Source: Candidatus Actinomarina sp. (GTDB taxonomy: Bacteria; Actinomycetota; Acidimicrobiia; Actinomarinales; Actinomarinaceae). From it: a DNA stretch of 64,000 nt. Position numbers and translations under genes: made by a program. Positions 55,664-63,820 of the stretch are shown one piece after another (positions within the stretch are counted from its first letter, which is position 1; the number at the start of each line of letters is the position of its first letter). The notes beneath the pieces were generated by a model. The model saw nothing but the letters and a program-made list of their open reading frames with translations. It was not told where the DNA came from and did not search any database. The stretch spans positions 67,447-131,446 of the forward strand of contig JAYQSV010000001.1 of the NCBI GenBank assembly GCA_038147085.1, written 5' to 3'.

Positions 55664-56327
55664 GAATAAACAAACTTAATATGTAATTCCCAACAGGAAT
55701 TTTCTTTATTCCTAGTAAGTTAATACCAACACCAATTAACAAAACACCACCAACTCCAGCAATTGAATTCGAAATTGTTTCATTTATTACTTCACCTATT
55801 CCAAATGCACATAAAGTAAAAAAACCTTGATAAATTAATATAGATAAACCACAATACACAGCACCTTTTCCTCCACTTGAAGTTAAAAACAAAACTAAAA
55901 AGCAATCTAGAGCTGATTTAATTAATAGGAGTTCAATATTATTTTCAACGACGTCAAAAAATGGACCAACTATAGCCAACGGTCCTGTTATAACAATTAA
56001 TGTTGCTGTTAGAAAGCTATCAATAAATTTACTTTTATCTACATCTGTACTTTCAAATTTAGTATGAAGATAATCACCGAATTGTTCAATTTTTTCCTCA
56101 ATTTTCAAATAGCTACCAATAAGAGCACCTATCAGAACCGAAAATAAAATAATCATAAAATCAGGACCTTTTAAAGTTTCTCTAATGCCCAAAGTTAAAA
56201 CTAACAAACCTAAAGGTAATAAATTATTCTCGAAATTTTTTATTTCTTTTTTAATAAATAGTCTCGAAAGAAAACCGATCAGCAGTACAGAACCAGCATT
56301 AATTACAGTACCTACTCCAGGGAACAT
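55644..56327 (-). CDS. DUF554-family membrane protein
   Basis: 227 aa polytopic protein. The N-terminus GVGTVINAGSVLLIG is typical of DUF554 (from memory). Confidence 0.6.
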   Translation of the reverse strand: MFPGVGTVINAGSVLLIGFLSRLFIKKEIKNFENNLLPLGLLVLTLGIRETLKGPDFMIILFSVLIGALIGSYLKIEEKIEQFGDYLHTKFESTDVDKSKFIDSFLTATLIVITGPLAIVGPFFDVVENNIELLLIKSALDCFLVLFLTSSGGKGAVYCGLSILIYQGFFTLCAFGIGEVINETISNSIAGVGGVLLIGVGINLLGIKKIPVGNYILSLFIPIFLTL

Positions 56328-56329
56328 AA

Positions 56330-56890
56330 CTATTTAAAATCGTTGTGACTTCTACTTGGAGTAGGGCCTTCTTGACCTTGATATTTGCTTCCGTAAAAAC
56401 TAGAACCATATTCTGATTCAGAAGGTGTATTTAGATAATAAAAAGATATCTGTCCAATTTTCATTTCTGGATAAATTTTTATTGGTAAGTTAGCAACATT
56501 AGAAAGTTCTAATGTTAAATACCCAGTAAAACCTGGATCTACAAATCCTGCTGTTGAATGAATTAGTAGTCCAATTCTTCCTAATGAACTTTTCCCTTCG
56601 AGTCTGGCAACAATTTTGTTTGAAAGTGAAACTTTTTCAAAAGTTGTTCCTAATACAAATTCACCAGGATGTAGTACAAAAGGTTCTTCAGAAGTTGCAG
56701 TTACTAATTTTGTAAGATCATTTTGCTCAGCTTTTGGATCAATATGTGAATATTTATGATTTTCAAAAACTCTAAAATCATCCCCCACTCTTAAATCAAT
56801 ACTCGATGGCTGTATAAATGATTCTTCCATCGGTGATATCTTAATATCACCATCCTTAAGAGCTTTTTTAATATCTAGATCTGAAAGCAT
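56330..56890 (-). CDS. dcd: dCTP deaminase
   Basis: 186 aa with MLSDLDIKKAL, QPSSIDLRVG and GFVDPGFTGYLTLEL motifs. Confidence 0.9.
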   Translation of the reverse strand: MLSDLDIKKALKDGDIKISPMEESFIQPSSIDLRVGDDFRVFENHKYSHIDPKAEQNDLTKLVTATSEEPFVLHPGEFVLGTTFEKVSLSNKIVARLEGKSSLGRIGLLIHSTAGFVDPGFTGYLTLELSNVANLPIKIYPEMKIGQISFYYLNTPSESEYGSSFYGSKYQGQEGPTPSRSHNDFK

Positions 56891-56934
56891 TTTTAACCTC
56901 TTGTTCTTTGAATATAATAACCTATTTTTGAAAA

Positions 56935-57135
56935 TTATCTGTTAATTATTGAAGCAATAGACCAAACAGTAATAATTGTTCCAATAATTGTTAAGAAAAC
57001 AGTTCTAGAAAAATAAAGTTTGTGATTTTCTGAATTATTTTTAAATAAAGCTGCCAAATTTCCAGCTACCATTGCAGCACCAACACCAAGCAGTAAAAGA
57101 TTAATAGTTAAATCTAGTGCGAAAAGATCATTCAT
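56935..57135 (-). CDS. Small membrane protein (hypothetical)
   Basis: 66 aa with two TM helices. Confidence 0.35.
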   Translation of the reverse strand: MNDLFALDLTINLLLLGVGAAMVAGNLAALFKNNSENHKLYFSRTVFLTIIGTIITVWSIASIINR

Positions 57136-57145
57136 AACTTATATT

Positions 57146-57994
57146 ATGATAATGAACATGGAGACAACAGAACAAATAGTTGAAATTTTTCTCAAATACG
57201 GAATAACATCAAATAAAAATTTAAATGAATACGAAATATTGCCTTTAGATGGAATTACAAATACAAGCTACATTGTAAAACTCAATTCCAAAGAATTTGT
57301 ACTAAGACTACCTGGGAATAATCCCGATGAGATTAATAGATATTCAGAAGAACAAAATACCTTATTAGCTTTAGAAAATGGTCTCACGTTGCCGCATATT
57401 CTATTTGATGTTGAAAGCGGTATAAAGATATCAGAATATTTTGATATTTACACATATAAGGAAAAAGATTTTGAGAATGATGATTTGAGAAAAAACGCTT
57501 TTGAAATTTTGAATAAACTACATAGTTCAGAAATTATATTCTTAGATAATTTTTCACCATATAGAGTATTTGAAAATCTTGCTGATGTTTCGAATGGGAT
57601 TGAAGAAAATGCCTTAAATGTAGGTAAAGAAATAATTGAGAAATTAAACAATATAGGTTTAGAACAAAAACCATGTCACCAAGATCTTTATTCAGGTAAT
57701 TTTGTAATTTATGAAGATAAAACATATTTAATTGATTGGGAGTATTCTTCTCAAGGAGATCCGTATTTCGATTTAGCTGACTTGTTTTGGCAGAATGAGT
57801 TTGAGAAAAAAAACGGACTTAAAAATTTAGCACTGTCTGAAATAGGGTTGATAGATTCAGATCAAAAAGAAAAATTTATTCTATTTGAAATTCTGTCAAT
57901 GATAACTTGGGGTTTCTGGGCAAAACGTAAGTCACCTGAAAGTAACAGGGGTGAAGAAGCATTAATAAATGCCTTACATCTATTTGAAAAATAA
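57146..57994 (+). CDS. Phosphotransferase, APH/choline-kinase fold
   Basis: 282 aa. HQDLYSGNFV (Brenner motif) and YLIDWEYSSQGDPYFDLA are typical of the choline/ethanolamine/aminoglycoside kinase family. Confidence 0.7.
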   Translation: MIMNMETTEQIVEIFLKYGITSNKNLNEYEILPLDGITNTSYIVKLNSKEFVLRLPGNNPDEINRYSEEQNTLLALENGLTLPHILFDVESGIKISEYFDIYTYKEKDFENDDLRKNAFEILNKLHSSEIIFLDNFSPYRVFENLADVSNGIEENALNVGKEIIEKLNNIGLEQKPCHQDLYSGNFVIYEDKTYLIDWEYSSQGDPYFDLADLFWQNEFEKKNGLKNLALSEIGLIDSDQKEKFILFEILSMITWGFWAKRKSPESNRGEEALINALHLFEK

Positions 57995-58076
57995 TTTTAT
58001 AAAAGAAATTTCCATTTAATAGCGAAAATCAGTTAGAATTTCGCAGTTAGGAAAAAAGGAAGAAAAAACTTTAAAT

Positions 58077-58172
58077 ATGGGATCTTTGATTAAAAAAAGA
58101 CGCAAAAAAATGTCTAAACATAAATACCGCAAGCGTCGTAAATCAAATAGACATAAGAAGAAAAACGTTTAA
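58077..58172 (+). CDS. Mini ribosomal protein bS22 (AURKAIP1/COX24-like)
   Basis: Not in the ORF track (31 aa). MGSLIKKRRKKMSKHKYRKRRKSNRHKKKNV closely matches the mycobacterial bS22 pattern MGSVIKKRRKRMSKKKHRK. Confidence 0.8.
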   Translation: MGSLIKKRRKKMSKHKYRKRRKSNRHKKKNV

Positions 58173-59021
58173 TTAATTATCTCTTTCTTCATTTAAGAAA
58201 TCTTCAATTTGCTGAACTAGATTATCTTCTGAAAAGTTATTTTCAAGACTAACTTCTGATTCTTCCAACCTAGAAACATATTCAGCCAAGTCTTGTGAAT
58301 TTTCCATAGCTTTATTTATCTTTACTTCAAATTGCTGACCTTCAGTTTGAATACCTGAATCATCAATATCAATTTTTAGTATTTCAGAAGTTTTATTCAT
58401 CAAAGCACTCATACCTTTTGGATAACCACCACTGCTTAGATAATGTGGAACAGCAGCCCAGAGACCAGTAGTCTCTATTTCACTTTCACTTAAAGTCTGA
58501 CCGACTACACTAGTAATTCCAGTCGGGCCTGAATAATTTGGATTAAGAATGTTATATCTTGAATGAAAAGTTGGATCAGTACTTACACCAAAGATTGGGA
58601 CTGGTAATGTATGTGCAACTTGTCCAAAAAAAGCACCTAAAGTGATAGCTCTTTTAACCCCAAGTTCAACTAGTACATCTTTTATGTTCTTTGCATATTC
58701 TTTCCAACGCATTGAAGGTTCTTCTCCAAAAACTAAAATTAGATCTTTCTTTAGTTTGTAATCTTCGATTGAATAGAAAGAAGTTTGTGGCCAGTGGAAC
58801 TCTCTTTCACCAAAATCTTTTACTTCGACAATAGGTCTTCTCATTTGGTAGTTATAGAAAGAATCTGAATCTAATTCGGCAAATGGTTCAACATCATAAG
58901 TGCAGCTAATATTCTCAATACAACCCGTTGCAGTATTGCCAGCATCACTCCAACCTTCAAAAGCAAGAATTGCAACAGGCTCTGAGAGAAGGGGTTTTCT
59001 ATACCAAACTACATCTTCCAT
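58173..59021 (-). CDS. PAC2-family protein
   Basis: 282 aa. The N-terminus PVAILAFEGWSDAGN is typical of actinobacterial PAC2 proteins. Confidence 0.7.
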   Translation of the reverse strand: MEDVVWYRKPLLSEPVAILAFEGWSDAGNTATGCIENISCTYDVEPFAELDSDSFYNYQMRRPIVEVKDFGEREFHWPQTSFYSIEDYKLKKDLILVFGEEPSMRWKEYAKNIKDVLVELGVKRAITLGAFFGQVAHTLPVPIFGVSTDPTFHSRYNILNPNYSGPTGITSVVGQTLSESEIETTGLWAAVPHYLSSGGYPKGMSALMNKTSEILKIDIDDSGIQTEGQQFEVKINKAMENSQDLAEYVSRLEESEVSLENNFSEDNLVQQIEDFLNEERDN

Positions 59022-59061
59022 AGTGAAAGAGTAATATTTTAAAAAATTTATTTAGTATTTA

Positions 59062-61125
59062 TTATTGAAGTTTTCTCGATGAATTTAAAACTACTGAAAC
59101 ACTAGAAAGTGCCATAGCTAGTGCAGCCAAACTAGGTGAGATCAATCCAATAACAGCTACTGGAATCATCAATATGTTATATATGAATGCGAGAAATAAA
59201 TTTTGTTGAATTTTTTTATTAGAGGAATTAGAAATTTTAAATACAGTAGATAGTGTATTTAATCCACCATTGTGAATTAAAATATCTCCAGAAACTTGCG
59301 CAATCTGAGAACTAGTTGTGGTTGAAATTCCAATGTCTGCTTGCTTCAACGAAGGTGAATCATTAATTCCATCACCTATAAATATGACAGGTGAAGATTC
59401 TTGCTTTGCTTTAATAAATTCAAGTTTTTCTGAAGGAGATTTTTCAAAATAAAATTCATCAATATTTACCTCTTTAGCAAAATTTTCAACATTAATTTTT
59501 TTATCACCTGAAAGAATAATAATTTTTTTTGATTTAACTATTTCTTGAATAAATCCAAAGGAAATTGATGCTTCTTCTTTTAGATAAATTACAAAATTAT
59601 TATTTTCTATAGCAACTTTTAATGAATTACTTTCTGTTTCTTCATTTTTTGTGATTACAACTTTTTTACCTGCAACAATACCTTCAATACCAACTCCTGA
59701 TTGTTCTGTTACATTTTTAGATTCTAGGAAACTTAAATTTTTTAATTCTGCAGCGTATACAAGACTTCTAGCGATTGGATGTTGAGAATTGATTTCTAGA
59801 CTAGATACAAATTGTAAAACTTCATCAGAGCTTAATTGAGAGTCCAATGAAACGATTTTTTCTATCACAAAAATACCAGATGAGAGAGTACCTGTTTTAT
59901 CAAATATAAGTGTGTCGATTTGTGTTAGTTTTTGAAGTGCATCAAAATCTTTAAAAATAAATCCTTTTCTCTTACTTTCAGCAGCTGTTCTATACAACAC
60001 AATAGGAGTAGCTAATCCTAATGCACATGGGCAAGCAATAACTACAACTGAGATAGCATTTTCTAGTGATTGAATTAATCCAAGATCAGAAACTATAAGC
60101 CTAAACAAAAAAGTTAAAACACTAAGTATTAAAACAAAAGGGACAAAAAATTGTGTTATTTTATCTAGGGTTTTTTGAATCTTTGGTTTCGTCAATTGTG
60201 CAGCATTAATTAGCTGCTCAATAATGTTATATGCAGACTCATTAAAAGGATTATCAACTTTTATTTTTATTGCGCTGTTTAAGTTTATGCTTCCACCTAA
60301 CAATTTATCTCCAACAAATCGAGTAACCGGAATTGACTCTCCTGTTATTAAACTTTCATCAACAGAAGCAGAACCTTCAAATAAAACACCATCTAGTGGT
60401 ATGATTTCTCCAGCTAAAACTTCAAACACATCACCTTCAGCTGTTTCAGAAGTAGGCACTTCTATTTTTTCTTTATCTCTTTCAACAATAAGAGATGAAG
60501 GAAGTTTATTTTTAAGATTTTTTGATGATTGAACTGCATCTCCAATAACTTTTTCTTCTACAGATTTTCCAATTAAAATAAACGAAATTATAAATGCTCC
60601 TGTATCAAGAAACATTATATTATTTGGAAAAAGAGAAATTAATAAAGCACTTAAACTTCCAATTGAAACTAAAGTGTCCATATTAAAGTCAAAAAACTTA
60701 ATTTTTTTAAATGCTGATATATGAAAGTCTTTTCCAAAATACAGCACTATTAGAAAGCCTATTAAATACGCTATGCTTTCTAAATTGGAACTAATAAAAT
60801 ACCTCATAATAAAAGTAAGTAGTAATGAGACCAAAGGTTTAACAAAGAAAAATTTTGACCTATTTGTTTCTTCTAATTCTGATGAAATTTTTGCTTTATA
60901 GCCAATACTATTAATTTTTTTAATTACTTGATCTAGATCAAAATTATCTTTATTTTTAATTTCAACTTGTGCTGTTTTAAGTGGAAAACTAACGGAAACA
61001 TTTTCAATATTTTCTGATTTTTGTAGTACACGTTCGATTCGAGCTGCACAGGCAGCACAAGTCATTCCGTCTATATCGAGTGTTAACTGATTATTCTGTT
61101 GAGACAACGGAGTATCCTTGATCAT
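59062..61125 (-). CDS. copA: Copper-translocating P1B-type ATPase
   Basis: 687 aa with an HMA domain GMTCAACAARIE, a CPC motif in TM6 (ACPCALGLATP), DKTGTL and GDGINDSP. Confidence 0.92.
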   Translation of the reverse strand: MIKDTPLSQQNNQLTLDIDGMTCAACAARIERVLQKSENIENVSVSFPLKTAQVEIKNKDNFDLDQVIKKINSIGYKAKISSELEETNRSKFFFVKPLVSLLLTFIMRYFISSNLESIAYLIGFLIVLYFGKDFHISAFKKIKFFDFNMDTLVSIGSLSALLISLFPNNIMFLDTGAFIISFILIGKSVEEKVIGDAVQSSKNLKNKLPSSLIVERDKEKIEVPTSETAEGDVFEVLAGEIIPLDGVLFEGSASVDESLITGESIPVTRFVGDKLLGGSINLNSAIKIKVDNPFNESAYNIIEQLINAAQLTKPKIQKTLDKITQFFVPFVLILSVLTFLFRLIVSDLGLIQSLENAISVVVIACPCALGLATPIVLYRTAAESKRKGFIFKDFDALQKLTQIDTLIFDKTGTLSSGIFVIEKIVSLDSQLSSDEVLQFVSSLEINSQHPIARSLVYAAELKNLSFLESKNVTEQSGVGIEGIVAGKKVVITKNEETESNSLKVAIENNNFVIYLKEEASISFGFIQEIVKSKKIIILSGDKKINVENFAKEVNIDEFYFEKSPSEKLEFIKAKQESSPVIFIGDGINDSPSLKQADIGISTTTSSQIAQVSGDILIHNGGLNTLSTVFKISNSSNKKIQQNLFLAFIYNILMIPVAVIGLISPSLAALAMALSSVSVVLNSSRKLQ

Positions 61126-61300
61126 CTAATAATTGCTCAATATCAGAAAGATCAACTACTTGGTCTGAATCAATTGAAACTATTTTGCTTTCAATATCAA
61201 CATTTACTTTTTCAACATAATCTAATGAACCAATAGCGGACTCTATAGTTTGTTTACAATGCCCGCAAGAAATTTCAGGCACTTTAAATTTAATTTCCAT
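61091..61300 (-). CDS. copZ: Copper chaperone CopZ (HMA domain)
   Basis: 69 aa with the metal-binding motif SCGHCKQTIE. Overlaps the copA start. Confidence 0.85.
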   Translation of the reverse strand: MEIKFKVPEISCGHCKQTIESAIGSLDYVEKVNVDIESKIVSIDSDQVVDLSDIEQLLDDQGYSVVSTE

Positions 61301-61328
61301 AGGAATACTTTAATACTGAATGGTTTAT

Positions 61329-61359
61329 AAAAAAAGCCCCTATTTTATAGAGGCTTTAT
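61329..61359 (-). terminator. Rho-independent terminator after the 64-aa gene
   Basis: The minus-strand RNA reads AAAGCCUCU-AUAAAAU-AGGGGCUUU, a 9-bp stem including one G-U pair, followed by a U run. Confidence 0.6.
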
Positions 61360-61386
61360 GAAATCTCTTGGGGGAGATTTTATTAA

Positions 61387-61581
61387 TTAAGCAGTTTCTT
61401 GTAGAATTCTGCCTCTTACTCTAGGGTATTTTACTGGAGCGTGGTTGAAGCAATAATCTCTTTTGTTATATATGCTTAGTTGAGTCTTACATGATTCATC
61501 TTTGCAAACTCTACCTTGGTCAAAACTTTTAGATGGTCTTATACCACCTTTGATTTGACTTGCTTTTAATCCGTCTGTCAT
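61387..61581 (-). CDS. Small Cys/His (putative zinc-binding) protein
   Basis: 64 aa with RVCKDESCKTQLSIYNKRDYCFNHA, a C-x4-C...C-x2-H pattern. A CRP-type palindrome lies upstream. Confidence 0.5.
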   Translation of the reverse strand: MTDGLKASQIKGGIRPSKSFDQGRVCKDESCKTQLSIYNKRDYCFNHAPVKYPRVRGRILQETA

Positions 61582-61604
61582 TTATTAGTTTCCTTATATA
61601 TACT

Positions 61605-61622
61605 TTGTGAATATATTCACAA
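61605..61622. promoter_or_regulatory. Perfect CRP/GlxR-type palindrome TTGTGAATATATTCACAA
   Basis: 18-bp perfect inverted repeat containing TGTGA-N6-TCACA, centred about 32 nt upstream of the ATG at 61581. Confidence 0.6.
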
Positions 61623-61651
61623 GCTTAACATTTCAATTATAAAGGTCAAAT

Positions 61652-63547
61652 TTAAAATAACAAGTTTTTTTGAATTAAAAATGATTCATCATTCCAATCT
61701 CTACCAAGAAAATTTCTTACCAATTCTTCAGCAGGTTTTGTTCCTCCAGGTTTTAGAATTTTGTTTTTGTAGTCCACTCCAACAGTATTTGACAGAATTC
61801 CTTCATTTTCAAATCTACTAAATAAATCATCACCGATTATATCAGCCCACAAATATCCATAATAAGCAGCATCATAACCTCCAAGAAGGTGGCCAAATGA
61901 ACTAAGGTGCATGACGTCGTCAGGGTAATCAATCGTAGTTATTTTTTGAGATTTACTTTCAATTGCATCAAGTGAATCCATAAAGTCACTTCCATGAAGA
62001 TGTTGATCAGCCAAACCAAAAGATACTTGTCTAAGTGTTAATAAACTTACTCCTATATTTTTAGAATTTTTTAACTTTGTACAAATGTCTTCTGAAAGCA
62101 TTTCACCAGTTTCAACATTTTTAGCAAATCTTGAAAGACACTCAATTTTCCAGACCCAGTGCTCCATAATTTGGCTTGGTGCTTCTACAAAATCCCACTC
62201 CACACTTGCACCAACATATCTTGAAATTTTTGACTTACCAATACCATTATGGAGAATATGTCCAAATTCATGAAATAAAGTTTCCACCTCATCAAAAGTC
62301 ATTAACCCATCTCCAGTTTTAGGGTTTGGAAAATTAGCTACCATTGACGAAACTGGTAATTGTTGAGAATCTAATCCACCTGAAGATAAATCAAATACTG
62401 CAGCATGTGTGTACTTACCTTCTCTTGGGTATAAATCTAGATAGAATAAAGCAATTTTTTCTCCTTCTTGGCTGATTGACCAAAGCTCAACATCAGGATG
62501 CCAAGCAGTTGAAGCATCTTCTTCTACAATTTCAATATCAAATACTTCTTCACAAATTGAAAACATTTCTTTTTTAACATCATGAATAAAAAAGAATTTT
62601 TTTAGCTCACTACTATCTATGTTGCTTAATAAGCTTCTTTTTTTAGAGATAAAATATCTAATATCCCATGGAGCTATTTCTGAAATGTCAATATCATCTG
62701 AAACAATTTCCAACTTTTCTTTCTCAGCTGCTTTTTGCAGTTTTGGAATTAAGCTTTTATACATTTTCTCTACGTTTTCTGGATTCTGAGCCATTCGATG
62801 TTGCAAACGATACTGAGCCCAAGTTGAAAAACCAAAAAGTTTGGCTTTTTTGTTTCTTAATTTAACAGCTTCTTCCAAAACAGGAGAGTTTTCTTTTGAA
62901 GCTCTATTATTGAAGGCCTTCCAAACTGCTTCTCTAGTTTCTCTTACGGTACAATTTTCTATAACTGCATTTACATCCGGATAAGCCATAGTTACTGTAT
63001 ATTCTTCATCTTCTTGTTTTAAGTTATTTAGTTCACCTTCGCTTAAGCCTTCAAGCTGGTGGACTTGAAATTTTAATTTTGTTTTATCATTTGCAATATT
63101 TTCAGAAAATTTGATTTCTAGTTCAATTAATTTTTTATCAATTTCTGACAACAGTGATCTATCATTTTCACTTAAATTATGTCCAACATCAATAAAGTCA
63201 TTTTGTAAATCTTTATAAAACTCTTTTTCTTCATCATCAAAATTATTCGTTTTTATTTCTTTAAATTTTTGATAAAGATTGGGATCTTTCATTGAATCTA
63301 AAATAAAATTCCTGACTTTAGATTCTGCTTGATGACCAAATTCTCTTATTTCTTCATTAGGATGTACATCCGCCATAAATGGAACTCTTCCAAATAAGTA
63401 ATTAATTTCTCTTTCTAAATTATTAAAATTTTCTAATTTAGGATCAGAATCATTTTTGATATCATTTATTAATTCTGTGCATTTTTTTAGAGTTGACTCC
63501 AGGTCAATCTCAAGTTCATTTTTTGTAATATTTGAGTAATCGAACAT
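61652..63547 (-). CDS. M3-family zinc metallopeptidase (oligopeptidase A/Dcp-like)
   Basis: 631 aa with the HEFGH zinc motif (LFHEFGHILH) and a downstream E in the EAPSQ region. Confidence 0.9.
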   Translation of the reverse strand: MFDYSNITKNELEIDLESTLKKCTELINDIKNDSDPKLENFNNLEREINYLFGRVPFMADVHPNEEIREFGHQAESKVRNFILDSMKDPNLYQKFKEIKTNNFDDEEKEFYKDLQNDFIDVGHNLSENDRSLLSEIDKKLIELEIKFSENIANDKTKLKFQVHQLEGLSEGELNNLKQEDEEYTVTMAYPDVNAVIENCTVRETREAVWKAFNNRASKENSPVLEEAVKLRNKKAKLFGFSTWAQYRLQHRMAQNPENVEKMYKSLIPKLQKAAEKEKLEIVSDDIDISEIAPWDIRYFISKKRSLLSNIDSSELKKFFFIHDVKKEMFSICEEVFDIEIVEEDASTAWHPDVELWSISQEGEKIALFYLDLYPREGKYTHAAVFDLSSGGLDSQQLPVSSMVANFPNPKTGDGLMTFDEVETLFHEFGHILHNGIGKSKISRYVGASVEWDFVEAPSQIMEHWVWKIECLSRFAKNVETGEMLSEDICTKLKNSKNIGVSLLTLRQVSFGLADQHLHGSDFMDSLDAIESKSQKITTIDYPDDVMHLSSFGHLLGGYDAAYYGYLWADIIGDDLFSRFENEGILSNTVGVDYKNKILKPGGTKPAEELVRNFLGRDWNDESFLIQKNLLF

Positions 63548-63583
63548 ACATCTCCTCCAATTTTTTTATGATACTATTTAATT

Positions 63584-63820
63584 ATGGAAATCAAACTTGA
63601 ATTTTGTGTAGTTTGAAATTACACACCTCGTGCAGTTAGTACGATTGAAGACATTTTAGAAAAATATGGAAAGGAAGCTAATCCAATTACATTAATACCG
63701 AGTGGTGGTGGTGTATTTGAATTTTACTTAGATGGAAATCTCATATTCTCAAAAAAATCTCTTGGAAGACATGCTGAAGATGGTGAGATATTAAGTTTGA
63801 TGCAAGAAGCACTTAGTTGA
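63584..63820 (+). CDS. Rdx/SelW-like thioredoxin-fold protein with an in-frame TGA at the CxxU position (candidate selenoprotein)
   Basis: Not in the ORF track. ATG at 63584 and TGA at 63614-63616. Translation: MEIKLEFCVV[U]NYTPRAVSTIEDILEKYGKEANPITLIPSGGGVFEFYLDGNLIFSKKSLGRHAEDGEILSLMQEALS. This matches the bacterial SelW-like pattern IEYCxxC/U...L.PgxgGvFEvxvdGxliwSkk..grfP. Confidence 0.75.
63628..63644 (+). promoter_or_regulatory. Candidate bacterial SECIS hairpin
   Basis: UCGUGC-AGUUA-GUACGA forms a 6-bp stem including one G-U pair. It starts 12 nt after the UGA and has a G in the apical loop. Confidence 0.4.

Noticed and set aside
63614-63616. Genetic-code reassignment (TGA read as Trp or Gly) as the explanation for the in-frame TGA
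   Set aside because: TGA terminates well-conserved genes in this window at the expected positions, including the Rdx-like gene itself. The TGA here also sits at the CxxU column rather than a Trp or Gly column.
63605-63625. 8-9 bp hairpin TGTGTAGTT/AATTACACA that places the in-frame UGA in its apical loop, as the SECIS element
   Set aside because: Bacterial SECIS elements lie downstream of the UGA, and the downstream hairpin at 63628-63644 fits the spacing model better. The UGA-loop hairpin is real in the sequence, but its role is unknown.
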